Assembly (NCBI GenBank): GCA_032718475.1
Contig: JAUCBJ010002178.1
Location: 38,219-102,218 of the forward strand
DNA: 64,000 nucleotides
Source: Nemertoderma westbladi
Taxonomy: Eukaryota; Animalia; Xenacoelomorpha
Direction: 5' to 3'
Shown: piece by piece, positions 25,628 to 36,000 of the stretch
How positions within the stretch are numbered: position 1 is the stretch's first letter
How the letters are laid out: each line of letters begins with the position of its first letter
Position numbers and translations under genes: made by a program
Notes under the pieces: generated by a model
What the model was told of the DNA's origin: nothing
The model's database searches: none
What the model saw: the letters and a program-made list of their open reading frames with translations, nothing else

Positions 25628-28600
25628 ATGTCTGCGCAAAATAAGGATGACATCGTGTTGGGCGATCCGGTTCCCAATGTGGTTGCCGGTCCCTATGTTC
25701 CTGTGGATGGTTTGTCGAATTCTAAGGGCGGAGAACTCATGGATTCCCGAGGAAGAGATTCCGGACAGAGGGGTGATACCCAAAAAACGACTGGAGATCT
25801 CGTTGTCGGCAGCCACTGTAGTACCCACGACGGAGAAGCGTTTGTTCTCGCGACAGACGGCGATATCGAGGAAACAGAAAGGAATGCAGCCGAAAATATT
25901 GCTAAACTTCAGCCAATTTACTTAAAGAATGCGAAGAAAACTCGAACTCAAACGAAGAGAAGATTCACTATAATAGTGAATAAACTCAATGCGATTGTCG
26001 AGTCCAGTGGTAGTCGTACTTCCGCTAGACATTACCGCGCTGATCTCACGGAGGTGTTCGATGAGTGTATTCGGGCGCACACTCATGTTCTACAATACCT
26101 CGACGGAGACCCCGCATCCAGGGCTACAGCTGCGAAGTGGCTACAGGAAGTGCGTGATAGTTACCGTCAATGTAACGAATGCGTTCAAGGTTATCTCGAT
26201 TCTCGCAAGGGTGATTCTTCATCGAAAGGGTCCAGTAAATGTTCGGAGCGCGCTAGCCAATCCGTAGCGTCTTCCGGGCCTCAAGCCGCCATTAAACGCC
26301 AACTGCGCGAATCTCAACTGAAACTCCAGCAGTTTCAGCGCGATAGTGACATCCGCGCAGAAGAACAACGTCTCACCGATACTAAAGAACTCAGACGTCT
26401 CCAAAACGGCGTTGAGTTGCTTCAGCTCTCTGTCATTGAGGATGATATTGAGGCTGGGGTAGACGAGCTCAACGTACGTCTATGCGATTTCCGAGGTGAG
26501 CCTGAAGCCGAAATCGAACGGGCTGGCTATGGCCACCCGTCGGATCCAATCATCGCCCCGACCATTCCTTCTCCTGTCTCCCTCGGTATCGGTATTCTTT
26601 CGACTTCCTCTACAGCTGCAACAGTAGCCATAAGTTCTAAAGTTTGCAATATTAACTCGAATTATAATTCCATTAAATCTGTCATTACCGGTGCGTGTAC
26701 AATTGTTAATAGGCCTACTACTACTGATAAATTAGTTTCAGTACCAGTACAGGTATCAGTACCGGTACCGGTACCAGTATATCCAGTATATGATATTAAT
26801 GCTAATTTTTCGAGTTCCCTTGGCATTTCTCATAGTAGCAATGTTAATGATTTTTCAAGTGTATTTTTACCGGTAAATTCAGTGCTAAATATTACCAACA
26901 GTAATTCGGCACCCAGACCAATCAGCACAGGTATTTCTAGTATTGGGTTTAATAATGACAGTAACCTAAGTATGCCGATCTCTCAGGCTTCTCAAAATTT
27001 TGAAAACCGAAATAATTATCCATATAATGTAAGTTGCACAGAATTTAGGCCTCGCCCTGTGGCATCTTTTCATTACAACCCACGTACCCCTCAGTTTGCC
27101 CTCTCCCCAGGTATGAGACACCATTTTCAAAGTGGGTATGGTGGTGTGCGAGTGGGTAATCCAATATGTGATGACGCGTATGTGAGGCCACCCCATACAG
27201 GCCCAGTTGGGAATCTGAACGGGCCGGCACACGGTTCATACATTAAGGGTAATCAATCTCCTTATAGTGAAAGTGAAAGTAATTTTTTTCGACCAGGTCA
27301 AAGTCATTCTGATAATGGCTTACATGATGAATGGGTAGAATTCCCAGTTTACACGGATAGCGCTTTATTTAATAGTAATTCGGCTTCATTAGATCTACAT
27401 GCGTTATTCAATGTACCTATTGACCAATTTGATGGCACTGCTTCAAAATGGCCAGGTTTCATAGCTTCTTTTCGTGCGTTAGTTCATGATAGGATTCCTA
27501 ACGATCCGGTTAGATTATCAATTTTAAGGAAATTATTGACAGAAGAAATTCGCGACAGTTTAGCTGCCACAATTGATGAACCTGCATTGTACTGGGAAAC
27601 TTTACAAGATCTCCGCAGGATGTATGGTAATAGGCATCATGTGGCCTCAACATATATGGATCAGTTATTTTCTGTTCCTCCAGTTATTTTGGGTAATTTT
27701 TCTTCTTTACGGACATTTTCTTTGAAATTACATGGATCTGTATCCGCATTAGAAAAGTGTGGATATCATAGCGATCTTTACTCATCTAATAATTTGAATT
27801 CCCTAGTAGAAAAATTGCCTGAGGCATTTCGACATGAGTGGAGTAAGAGAGTTGTTGGTTTATATCCTCAACTTCCTTTGTTAAAGGATTTTGATAATTG
27901 GATAGCATATAAAGTGACTTGTAATAGAGCTATTCAGCCTAGTTTTAGGACCAGTGCTACAGTTAGGAATTCAACTAGACAGGCTAGTAATCAGCGGGAC
28001 AATGTTACACCGAAATCTAAAATTAGTTCAGGTAGAAGTACGACACCTACTGTATTTACCCCCACAGTTCTTGCAACGGGGGGAGGGTTTGTCTCGTCAT
28101 CTAGTACTGACGACGGTAAGTGTATTTGCTGCGATCTGTCCCATACAGTAGGTAGCTGTATAAGGTTCAAGAGCATGGATGTCACTGAACGTTCAGAAGT
28201 AATACGCAAAAAAGCAGCATGTTTTGTGTGCCTTGGAGTTGGTCACCAGGCTGCTGATTGTGCCGTTAAGAATCCCTGTAATGTTACAGACTGTAATAAA
28301 CGACATGATACACTATTACATGGTGTACCTCGAATATACAGGTACAATTCATATCAAAGTAAATTTAATAATAGTAACAATGCTAAACGTGTTGGTACTA
28401 TTTGTTCTAATAGTGCAGCATGTACCGTAGCTTTACAAATAGTACCTTTACGTGTACAGTACGGTAATAAAATGGTAGAAACATTTGGTCTATTGGATAA
28501 TGGCAGCCAGATTTCGGCTGTAGATCATAAGTTAGCTAATGAGCTTGATTTAAAGGGTAAACCAATCTCTCTTTGTCTCGGTACAATTAATGATAAAGGT

Positions 28601-29629
28601 AAAACGATTAATTCGTTATTGAGTTCAGTTCAGGTGTTGCCAAGCAACAGTGATAATACATTTTGTATTCCAGAAATGTGGGTTCTACCAAAGATCAACA
28701 TTTCTCGACAGTGCTTTGATTGGCCAAAGCTTAAAGGTCATTGGTCCCATCTTCGTGACATTGATCTTCCTTGTGTAGATTCTTCCAAGGTAGGAATCTT
28801 GTTAGGAGCTGATGTTTTTCACATCATTCGTCAATTGGACTATAGGTCGGGCCCCCCAGGATCTCCTTCTGCTGTCCTCACTAATTTTGGTTGGTCCTGT
28901 ACTTCCACAGTGCCCTTGTATCCGCTATCGGACACTGAACGTAGGGATATCGTACTCACCCGGATGAACAGCGCATCCAACAGACTTAGTACAGTTAAAC
29001 ATTTGAGTGACGATTTACATAATTTGGTGAAGTCTTTTTGGCAGACAGAATCGTTCGGTGTTCAACCAAACATTAAATATCCCATATCAGCTAAGGACGA
29101 ATTAGCACTAGATATGTTGAAAGCCAGTTTGGTTAATATTGGCAATAGATATGAAGTAGGTTTTCTATGGCGTTCCAATTCTGTAAAGCTACCTGACAAT
29201 TACCCAGCTGCCATTCGACGACTTCAGTCTACTGAAAGGCGACTTTCTAAAGATGAAGTATTGCAGACACGTTACAATGATATCTTGTCAGGATATATTG
29301 AGAAGGGTTTCGCGGTAAGGGTTCCGACTGATGAGTTACGAGGTCCCCCAGGACGTACTTGGTACCTTCCACACCATCCTGTACTTAACCCTAATAAGCC
29401 AGGTAAGGTTAGACCTGTCTTTGATGCATCTGCACGTTTTAATGGTGTCTCGTTAAATGATTGTTTGCTACGTGGCCCAGTTTTTCTCTCAAGCCTGATA
29501 GGAGTCTTGTTGAGATTTCGTAAGAAATCAATAGCTATTTCAGGTGATATCACAGCTATGTATCACCAGGTTTCGGTTCCTAGTAAGGATCAGGACTGTC
29601 TTCGTTTCTTGTGGAGAGGCAAGCCCTGA
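25628..29629 (+). CDS. BEL/Pao gag-protease-RT (N-terminal part) polyprotein
   Basis: 1333 aa. FDG..W..F gag core, three Cys/His knuckles (CICCDLSHTVGSC, CFVCLGVGHQAADC, CNVTDCNKRHDTLLH), protease LLDNGSQ, RT start YLPHH..VRPVFDAS..DITAMY. Confidence 0.95.
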   Translation: MSAQNKDDIVLGDPVPNVVAGPYVPVDGLSNSKGGELMDSRGRDSGQRGDTQKTTGDLVVGSHCSTHDGEAFVLATDGDIEETERNAAENIAKLQPIYLKNAKKTRTQTKRRFTIIVNKLNAIVESSGSRTSARHYRADLTEVFDECIRAHTHVLQYLDGDPASRATAAKWLQEVRDSYRQCNECVQGYLDSRKGDSSSKGSSKCSERASQSVASSGPQAAIKRQLRESQLKLQQFQRDSDIRAEEQRLTDTKELRRLQNGVELLQLSVIEDDIEAGVDELNVRLCDFRGEPEAEIERAGYGHPSDPIIAPTIPSPVSLGIGILSTSSTAATVAISSKVCNINSNYNSIKSVITGACTIVNRPTTTDKLVSVPVQVSVPVPVPVYPVYDINANFSSSLGISHSSNVNDFSSVFLPVNSVLNITNSNSAPRPISTGISSIGFNNDSNLSMPISQASQNFENRNNYPYNVSCTEFRPRPVASFHYNPRTPQFALSPGMRHHFQSGYGGVRVGNPICDDAYVRPPHTGPVGNLNGPAHGSYIKGNQSPYSESESNFFRPGQSHSDNGLHDEWVEFPVYTDSALFNSNSASLDLHALFNVPIDQFDGTASKWPGFIASFRALVHDRIPNDPVRLSILRKLLTEEIRDSLAATIDEPALYWETLQDLRRMYGNRHHVASTYMDQLFSVPPVILGNFSSLRTFSLKLHGSVSALEKCGYHSDLYSSNNLNSLVEKLPEAFRHEWSKRVVGLYPQLPLLKDFDNWIAYKVTCNRAIQPSFRTSATVRNSTRQASNQRDNVTPKSKISSGRSTTPTVFTPTVLATGGGFVSSSSTDDGKCICCDLSHTVGSCIRFKSMDVTERSEVIRKKAACFVCLGVGHQAADCAVKNPCNVTDCNKRHDTLLHGVPRIYRYNSYQSKFNNSNNAKRVGTICSNSAACTVALQIVPLRVQYGNKMVETFGLLDNGSQISAVDHKLANELDLKGKPISLCLGTINDKGKTINSLLSSVQVLPSNSDNTFCIPEMWVLPKINISRQCFDWPKLKGHWSHLRDIDLPCVDSSKVGILLGADVFHIIRQLDYRSGPPGSPSAVLTNFGWSCTSTVPLYPLSDTERRDIVLTRMNSASNRLSTVKHLSDDLHNLVKSFWQTESFGVQPNIKYPISAKDELALDMLKASLVNIGNRYEVGFLWRSNSVKLPDNYPAAIRRLQSTERRLSKDEVLQTRYNDILSGYIEKGFAVRVPTDELRGPPGRTWYLPHHPVLNPNKPGKVRPVFDASARFNGVSLNDCLLRGPVFLSSLIGVLLRFRKKSIAISGDITAMYHQVSVPSKDQDCLRFLWRGKP

Positions 29630-32382
29630 GGCTGTCAGATCCACCGACAGTATATAAGATGGTTCGTCAAATATTTGGTGGTATTGATTCATCCTGTATT
29701 TGCTTTTATGCCCTGCTTCGGACATCTGAAGACAATTCTACTGAATTCCCTGTAGAATCGGAAAGAGTGCCATATAGTTTCTATGCTGATAATTATTTGG
29801 ACTCTGCAGATGAGGTTTCTGAAGCTATTCAGTTAGTTAGAAACATGACTAAACTCTTATCTCGTGGAGGATTCCATCTTGGTCAATGGTCCTCTTCATC
29901 TCGTGAAGTACTTGATACAATTCCACGACAAGATCTTGCAGATCCATCCCTTGATCTGGATCTTGATGAGCTACCTATTGAGCGTGCTCTAGGAGTCTCA
30001 TGGGATCGTTCATGCGATTCTTTCATCTTCTCTAGTAAGATTACTATTGATTCTTTACCTCTTACAAAGCGTAGTATATTACGTCAAGTTTGTTCATTGT
30101 TTGATCCTTTAGGGTTAATAACACCATTGGTGCTTCCTGCTAAGGTATTGGTACAGGATGCTTGGAGAGAAACCGATAAATGGGATGTTCCATTATCTGA
30201 AGGAATTATCGAACGTTGGAAAGCATATGTGAATGATCTATCAAATAATATTGATCAAATTCGTGTACCCCGTTGTCTGTTTATGAAGGGTGTTGCATGT
30301 TCAACAACCCACCTTCATATATTTAGTGATGCATCAGAATCTGGATTTGGTGCGGTTGGTTATCTCCGGTCGGAGTATGAGTCTGAATCACTATATGTAT
30401 CCTTTGTAATGTCTAAGGCGCGTGTGGCCCCAGTCAAACAATTGTCTGTTCCCAGGTTAGAACTCCAGGGTGCTATTATGGGTGTTCGTTTGTCTCATCT
30501 CATTCTTACCGAGCTTAAGATAGAAATTGATCGAATATGTTATTGGACAGATTCTACTACCTGTCTCTGTTGGTTATTCTCTGAGAATTGTCGATTTCTA
30601 CCCTTCGTTGCTCATCGTGTTGGTGAGATATTGGATATGACACAGCGGTCCCAATGGCACTATGTTCCAACTGCTCACAATCCAGCTGATCATTGCAGTC
30701 GTGGGTTAGCAGCTCTTAGTCTAACTCAGGAACATCCTTGGTTTTGTGGTCCACTATTTTTAAAATATCCTGAAACTGAGTGGCCCACCTTTCCTACTAA
30801 TGATTTCACACCTGATCCATGTGATGTCGAAGTTAAATCCATCATGGTTGTCTCCATGGATTCTGACTGGCTTACTAATTATATGCTTAGATTTTCGAAT
30901 ATAAAACAATCAAAGTATTTTCCTTCTTTACAGCCAACCTACGCATGGGTTCGTCGATTTATATTTAATTGTAGAAATAAGCATTGTCGTAGGTTTGGTC
31001 CCTTATCTGTCACTGAATTAGCCGATAGCTTTACATGTCTAGTTCAGTCTGTTCAGAGGTTTGAGTACTCTAATGAGTTGGCAGATCTCACGATAGAAAA
31101 GCAAGTAGAAAAGGATAGCTCCTTGCTTTCCCTCACACCATTTTTGGATGAGTTTGGTGTAATTCGTGTTGGTGGTCGTATTGGATCATCAGACTTGGAA
31201 TATGTGTCTCGACATCCAATTATATTGCCACACGATTCATATTTTACTCAACTTATCTTACGTGATCTACATGAGTCAGTTTGCCATGAGGGTGAAGATT
31301 ATACCCTTAGTGAGTTTAGGCAAAGTTACTGGTCTCCCCGTGGTCGTTTACTAGTCCGTAAGTTCTTAACTCGTTGTTTTTACTGTAAGCGTCGTACAGC
31401 TAAGCCTAGTCCACCCATTATGGCTGCTCTACCACGTTCCCGTTTATCCCCAGCTACTTTTCCTTTTTTGAATATTGGCCTTGACTATTTTGGTCCCCTC
31501 TATGTTCGACGTTTTCGTAAGACTGAAAAACGGTATGGGTTTATAGCTACATGCCTTGTCACTCGAGCAGTTCATTTAGAGGTTGCACATTCTTTAGACA
31601 CAGACTCGTTTCTATTGGCTTTTAGGCGTCTGACTAGCAGACGTAGTGCTCCAGCTGTAGTCTATAGCGACAATGGTGGAAATTTTGTTGCTGGTGATGC
31701 GGAACTCAAAGAATGTATTGTCGAGCTTAATCAGTCCAAGATTGCTAGTGAGTTAGCTTTGAAGGGTATTCGGTGGGAGTTTTCCCCTCCAAGTGCACCT
31801 CATTTTGGGGGAGTCTGGGAACGACTGGTTCAGTCTGCCAAGAAGGCGTTGAAGGCAGTACTCCGTGGTCAATGTGTTAGCTCTGAGTTGCTTGAGACAG
31901 TAATTGTTGAAGTTGAAAATCTCTTGAACAGTCGCCCATTGACTCATGTTAGTGTTGACCCTAATGAGCCAGAACCATTGACTCCCAATCATATTCTATT
32001 AGGACGTGCGAATCCCAACTTACCTCCAGTTCTAGTTGATGACTCTGATATTTCTTGTAAGAGTCGCTGGCGTGCTACTCAAGCTATTGTTGGTTAGTTT
32101 TGGTCCAGGTGGATGAGAGAATATGCTCCTTCCCTCATCGAGAACCGAAAGTGGCTTCGCTCCTCTCGCAATCTTCAGAAGGGTGACATTGTTCTTGTTA
32201 TTCTTGATCGTACACCTCGAGGTTGTTGGCCTCTAGGTCTTGTCGTGGAGACCTTTCCGGGCCGTGATGGGGTTGTCCGTTCTGTGCGTGTGTGTATTAA
32301 GGGTAAAGAGTACACTAGGCCCGCGGTAAAAATGTGTCTATTGGAGGAGTCGCGAGAAGTGTCCGATGTTGTAGTCAAGTAA
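29611..32382 (+). CDS. BEL/Pao RT-RNaseH-integrase, frameshifted from the upstream ORF, with an in-frame TAG at 32095-32097
   Basis: FYADN, FDPLG, FSDAS, PRLEL, WTDS, NPAD, DYFGP, TRAVHLE, SDNGGNF, GGVWERL, NSRPL. After the stop it continues FWSRWMREY..WPLG..GRDG.VR. Confidence 0.93.
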
Positions 32383-32508
32383 ACTATTTCCAGTAGCCCA
32401 ACTCAGGGTAACTGGAGAATCTTAGAGATTTAGAGATCGGTTACTTTTTCTACTGTAATTACTTATTTAAACTGAAAGTAACTCTCCATAGAGAGTTAGG
32501 GCCGGCGA

Positions 32509-32949
32509 TGTTGTAACACATATCAGCTGGCGATATTGCCTCCACTGAAATCCAAATATTACAATTAGGAGTTCTCAGCTGGGAGCCGAGTCACTGATTC
32601 GTTTGTTGTAAATTGGTAATGTAATAGATTTACTGTAGGGAAACCTCTCGTTATCACCATATTTAATCAGCTGATTGATACTCAGATTTCCTGTGACTTT
32701 ATTAATACCAATCAGTATTCCGTTATGATTAGTGTATTGCCCTGCGCTTACCCTTTGTATTATATTAGTATTCATTTATCATCCATATTTATGTACTTTC
32801 AATAATAACTGCCAGGGAATTTCGAAAGCATTAAAATGTAACACATTAAATGTAACGTAACAATAAACTGACATTTTGTATTCCACATATAACGATCTTT
32901 CAATTTTCTAACAATTTAATCGAAAGCCAGCCACAACTATGGCTTTACA
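32509..32949 (+). repeat. 3' LTR of young BEL element
   Basis: Direct repeat of 25080-25520, preceded by the purine-rich AGAGAGTTAGGGCCGGCGA (PPT). Confidence 0.97.
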
Positions 32950-33083
32950 CCCTCCATGTTCACATATAAAGACAATGGAATTCCAACGCTGTCTTTATCT
33001 ACAGTGAAGAGGAATACAAAGTACAGTAATACTAATACTAAATACAGTAAGGTTATGAGGCGACCATCAAGGGTCCCACATCT

Positions 33084-36000
33084 CTATTTACTGAGATTGG
33101 GTGGAGATTTGTAGTCTCCCGTCTCTTTTCTAGTCTCCTCAAGGAACACGAGACGTTGTACAGGCCTATCTACGGTATGACCGTCAATAGTCCATACAGT
33201 TACTATCCTTACTACGCCAGATGTCGGGTGTATGGTCAAAATGACTCCAGTCAGCCAAAACCGTCTTTTCAGATTGGTTTCAGCCAATAAAACGTGGTCA
33301 CCATGTCTTAAACATCGGGTATTAAGATACCAAGAGGTTCTGGCCGAATTAGAGGGCAAATAGTACTTCTGCACTATTGACAGGTACCAAAGTGGGCAAG
33401 AATGTCGTCGGCGCCTGCATAAGCAGGTGTGCTGGTGTCAAGGTTGTTGTCTGGGATCAAAGCAATAGGTCTAGTGTTCAAAACCGCTTCGATTTCTATT
33501 AACAACGTCGCCAGTTGGTCGTCTGTTAAGATACGTTACTTTCGCCATAGCCATCTTGATTGACCCAATCAATCTTTCCCAAATGCCACCTCTCCATGGA
33601 CTGTCAGAAGTGTTAAAGCTGCAGACAAAATTGTGAGGACGTAGTTCATCGGAAATCTGGTTTTGGTCCAATTTCTTTAAGGCTCTAGTGATTTCATTCC
33701 GTGCACCTACAAAGTTAGTCCCTTGGTCGCAATAAATGTATTTGACCAATCCACGTCTAGCAATAAATCGCCGTAAGGCTAGGATAAAGGAGTTGGTGGT
33801 TAAATCTGTCATACATTCAATATGGACAGCTCTGCTGGCCATGCAAGTGAAGATTAATTCCCAGCGTTTTACCTATACCCTTCCGCGTTTTGTGATTATG
33901 GGTCCAAAACAGTCTATCCCTGTCTCAGTGAAAGGGGGTCTAAAGGCCTGTAACCTTGCTAATGGTAGTTCACTCATCTCTTGGTGTCCTATCCTCGCAT
34001 GCACCTTCTTACAAATAATACAGTTACATATCACTGAACTCAATGCCTTGCTAGGCCTAATCAGTACAAACCTCGAGCGCAAGTGTGATAGATATCGCAA
34101 TTGATAATGTTTAATAATATCAACTTAACAACTATCAACTTCATCTAAGGTAAGTCTTCTAGGAAAGTCGCGTTTGCCTCTGGCATATTGTCTCAAACGT
34201 TTGAGCCATGCTAACTTGCGGCCCGCGTCAGTCCATGATTATTAGGTTAACTATCCTGTCAACGTAAGTGTTGGTGACGTCATCAGGTAAGGTATAGTCA
34301 AAGTGTGGATACTTGTTCGGACTTGGTAGGCCCACAGGTCTTCCGGTGAGTGTCTCCCTTTGTACAATAGGTTTGTCTGTGTCCTTAAGTATTTCAATCT
34401 CCACAGTCTTACCTTTACCATCTGCACTCAGTGAATTGACTGGCAGTAACGGTTTCAACTCTACGGTATCAGTATGTTCCTGTGGGCTTGTAAGCCTCCT
34501 AACCTTAGTTACACATTTAGCCGTAGGCTGTAAGTCCAGTATTTTCCTTGAGCAGAGTGTGACCGCTGTTGCCACACTGTCGTCATGGTTCAAGGAAGTC
34601 AAAACAGATAAGTTGTTAGTCCCTAATGGGTGTGTACTAGTCCGCTCAAATGGATTCATTGCTGCTTTATAGCATACGTCATTACTTTCCGGTGGTTCGT
34701 CTAGTGGAAAGTCTAGTAGACAGTCTGGTGAGGCATCCAGCAAATAGTCTGGTGAGACGTCTGGTGAAAAATATCGCAGAACTTCCAGCAAAATGTTCTG
34801 TCGTCTGTCCCAAAGAAAGTCTGGCGTAGCTTCTGTCAGAATGTCTGGTCTAATGTCTAGTGGACAGTCTCTCAAGATGTCTGGTGGAAAGTCTGGTGAG
34901 ACGCCCAGTAGACAATCTTTCGAGAGCTCCATTAAGCAATCTGGCGAGACATCTGGTGAACAATCCTGCGAAACGTCTGGTTAAATCTCCCACGGAACTT
35001 CCGGCGAAAGATTCGTAGTAATGTCTGGTCGAGTGTCTGGTGAGATGTCTGGCGTAATGTCAGGTCTAATGTCCAGGTCATCAGATTTTGTCCATCCTTG
35101 TTTCCTCTTCACATTGGCTTTGGCTTTCGCTTTCGACTTGGCAACAGTGTCGATTTTTATCTCGGCACCCTCCGGTATGGTGTTAGTTGTCGCATCAAAT
35201 AACGATGGCCATTCATCCGATGGTTGTTGTAGGAAGTCAGGTCCTCTAAACCAAAAGGATTTATTGTCCGGTTTACAAAAGTCAATAGGTAACACCCCCT
35301 GTGACACGATGTCAGCTGGGTTCAGTTTCCCTGGACAGTGACGCCAATCTTGTTTGAGCGACCTGTCCAGTATTTCAGCCCGTCTGTTGGCTACGAAAGT
35401 CTTGAACTTGAATGTTTCGTTATTTATGTACCAAAGTACTAACGTCGCATCAGTCCAATATGTGACCTTCAGGTTAGCCTCCAGCTCGCGTTGAACTAGA
35501 CTGACAATATCGGTGGATATCGTCCCGGCTTGTAGCTCTCCACGAGGTACATTCATATACTTCAATGACATGGTCTTAGCCCTTGAAGTAACGAGAGACA
35601 CTTCGTTGTTGTCCGAAGTCACTTGTCGTAACCCCCAGTCCATCCTTACTAGCGTCGCTGAAGCTGTGAAGCTCCAAGTCGGCAGGAAAGGTAGTCTGTA
35701 AAGGAAAGTATACCCTTGGGATGGTATAGTTTTGTAAGAACGTCAGTTGGGCTTCCCAGTCCCTCCATTTCTGAGCTAGCTTTTCTGGGATGGGATCATC
35801 CCATTCCAGTCCGGCTTGCCAGATGCTGCGGAGCGGAGTATGATCCTAGCGTGTAGGATCACTGGACTAATGAAACACAGTAGGTCATACAGTCGACTCA
35901 TGGTCGATAAACAAGTCCTCTTTATGAGAGGTCTAATCTGGTCGTCGGACCTTACTCGCACCCTAAAATTGTCAGTGTTCGGGTCCCAACTAAGTCCTAA

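Larger units (their letters stand above)
25080..32949 (+). mobile_element. Full-length, recently inserted BEL/Pao LTR retrotransposon
   Basis: Two 441-bp LTRs (TG...CA) at 25080-25520 and 32509-32949, with one difference seen (attGgtt vs attCgtt). TSD CCCTC at 25075-25079 and 32950-32954. PBS and PPT present. Contains a gag-pol polyprotein. Confidence 0.98.
23197..33080 (-). mobile_element. Putative long (~2 kb) 3' LTR of the older BEL element, split by the young BEL insertion
   Basis: On the minus strand TGTGGGACC begins at 33080, just after the integrase stop and AAATAGAGA, and ...TTTGTAACA ends at 23197. TATATAA at 24224-24218. No second LTR is available to confirm the boundaries. Confidence 0.45.

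Noticed and set aside
29624-29630. CCC-TGA as an antizyme-like programmed +1 frameshift
   Set aside because: The downstream pol ORF is in the -1 frame, and the +1 frame closes within a few codons.
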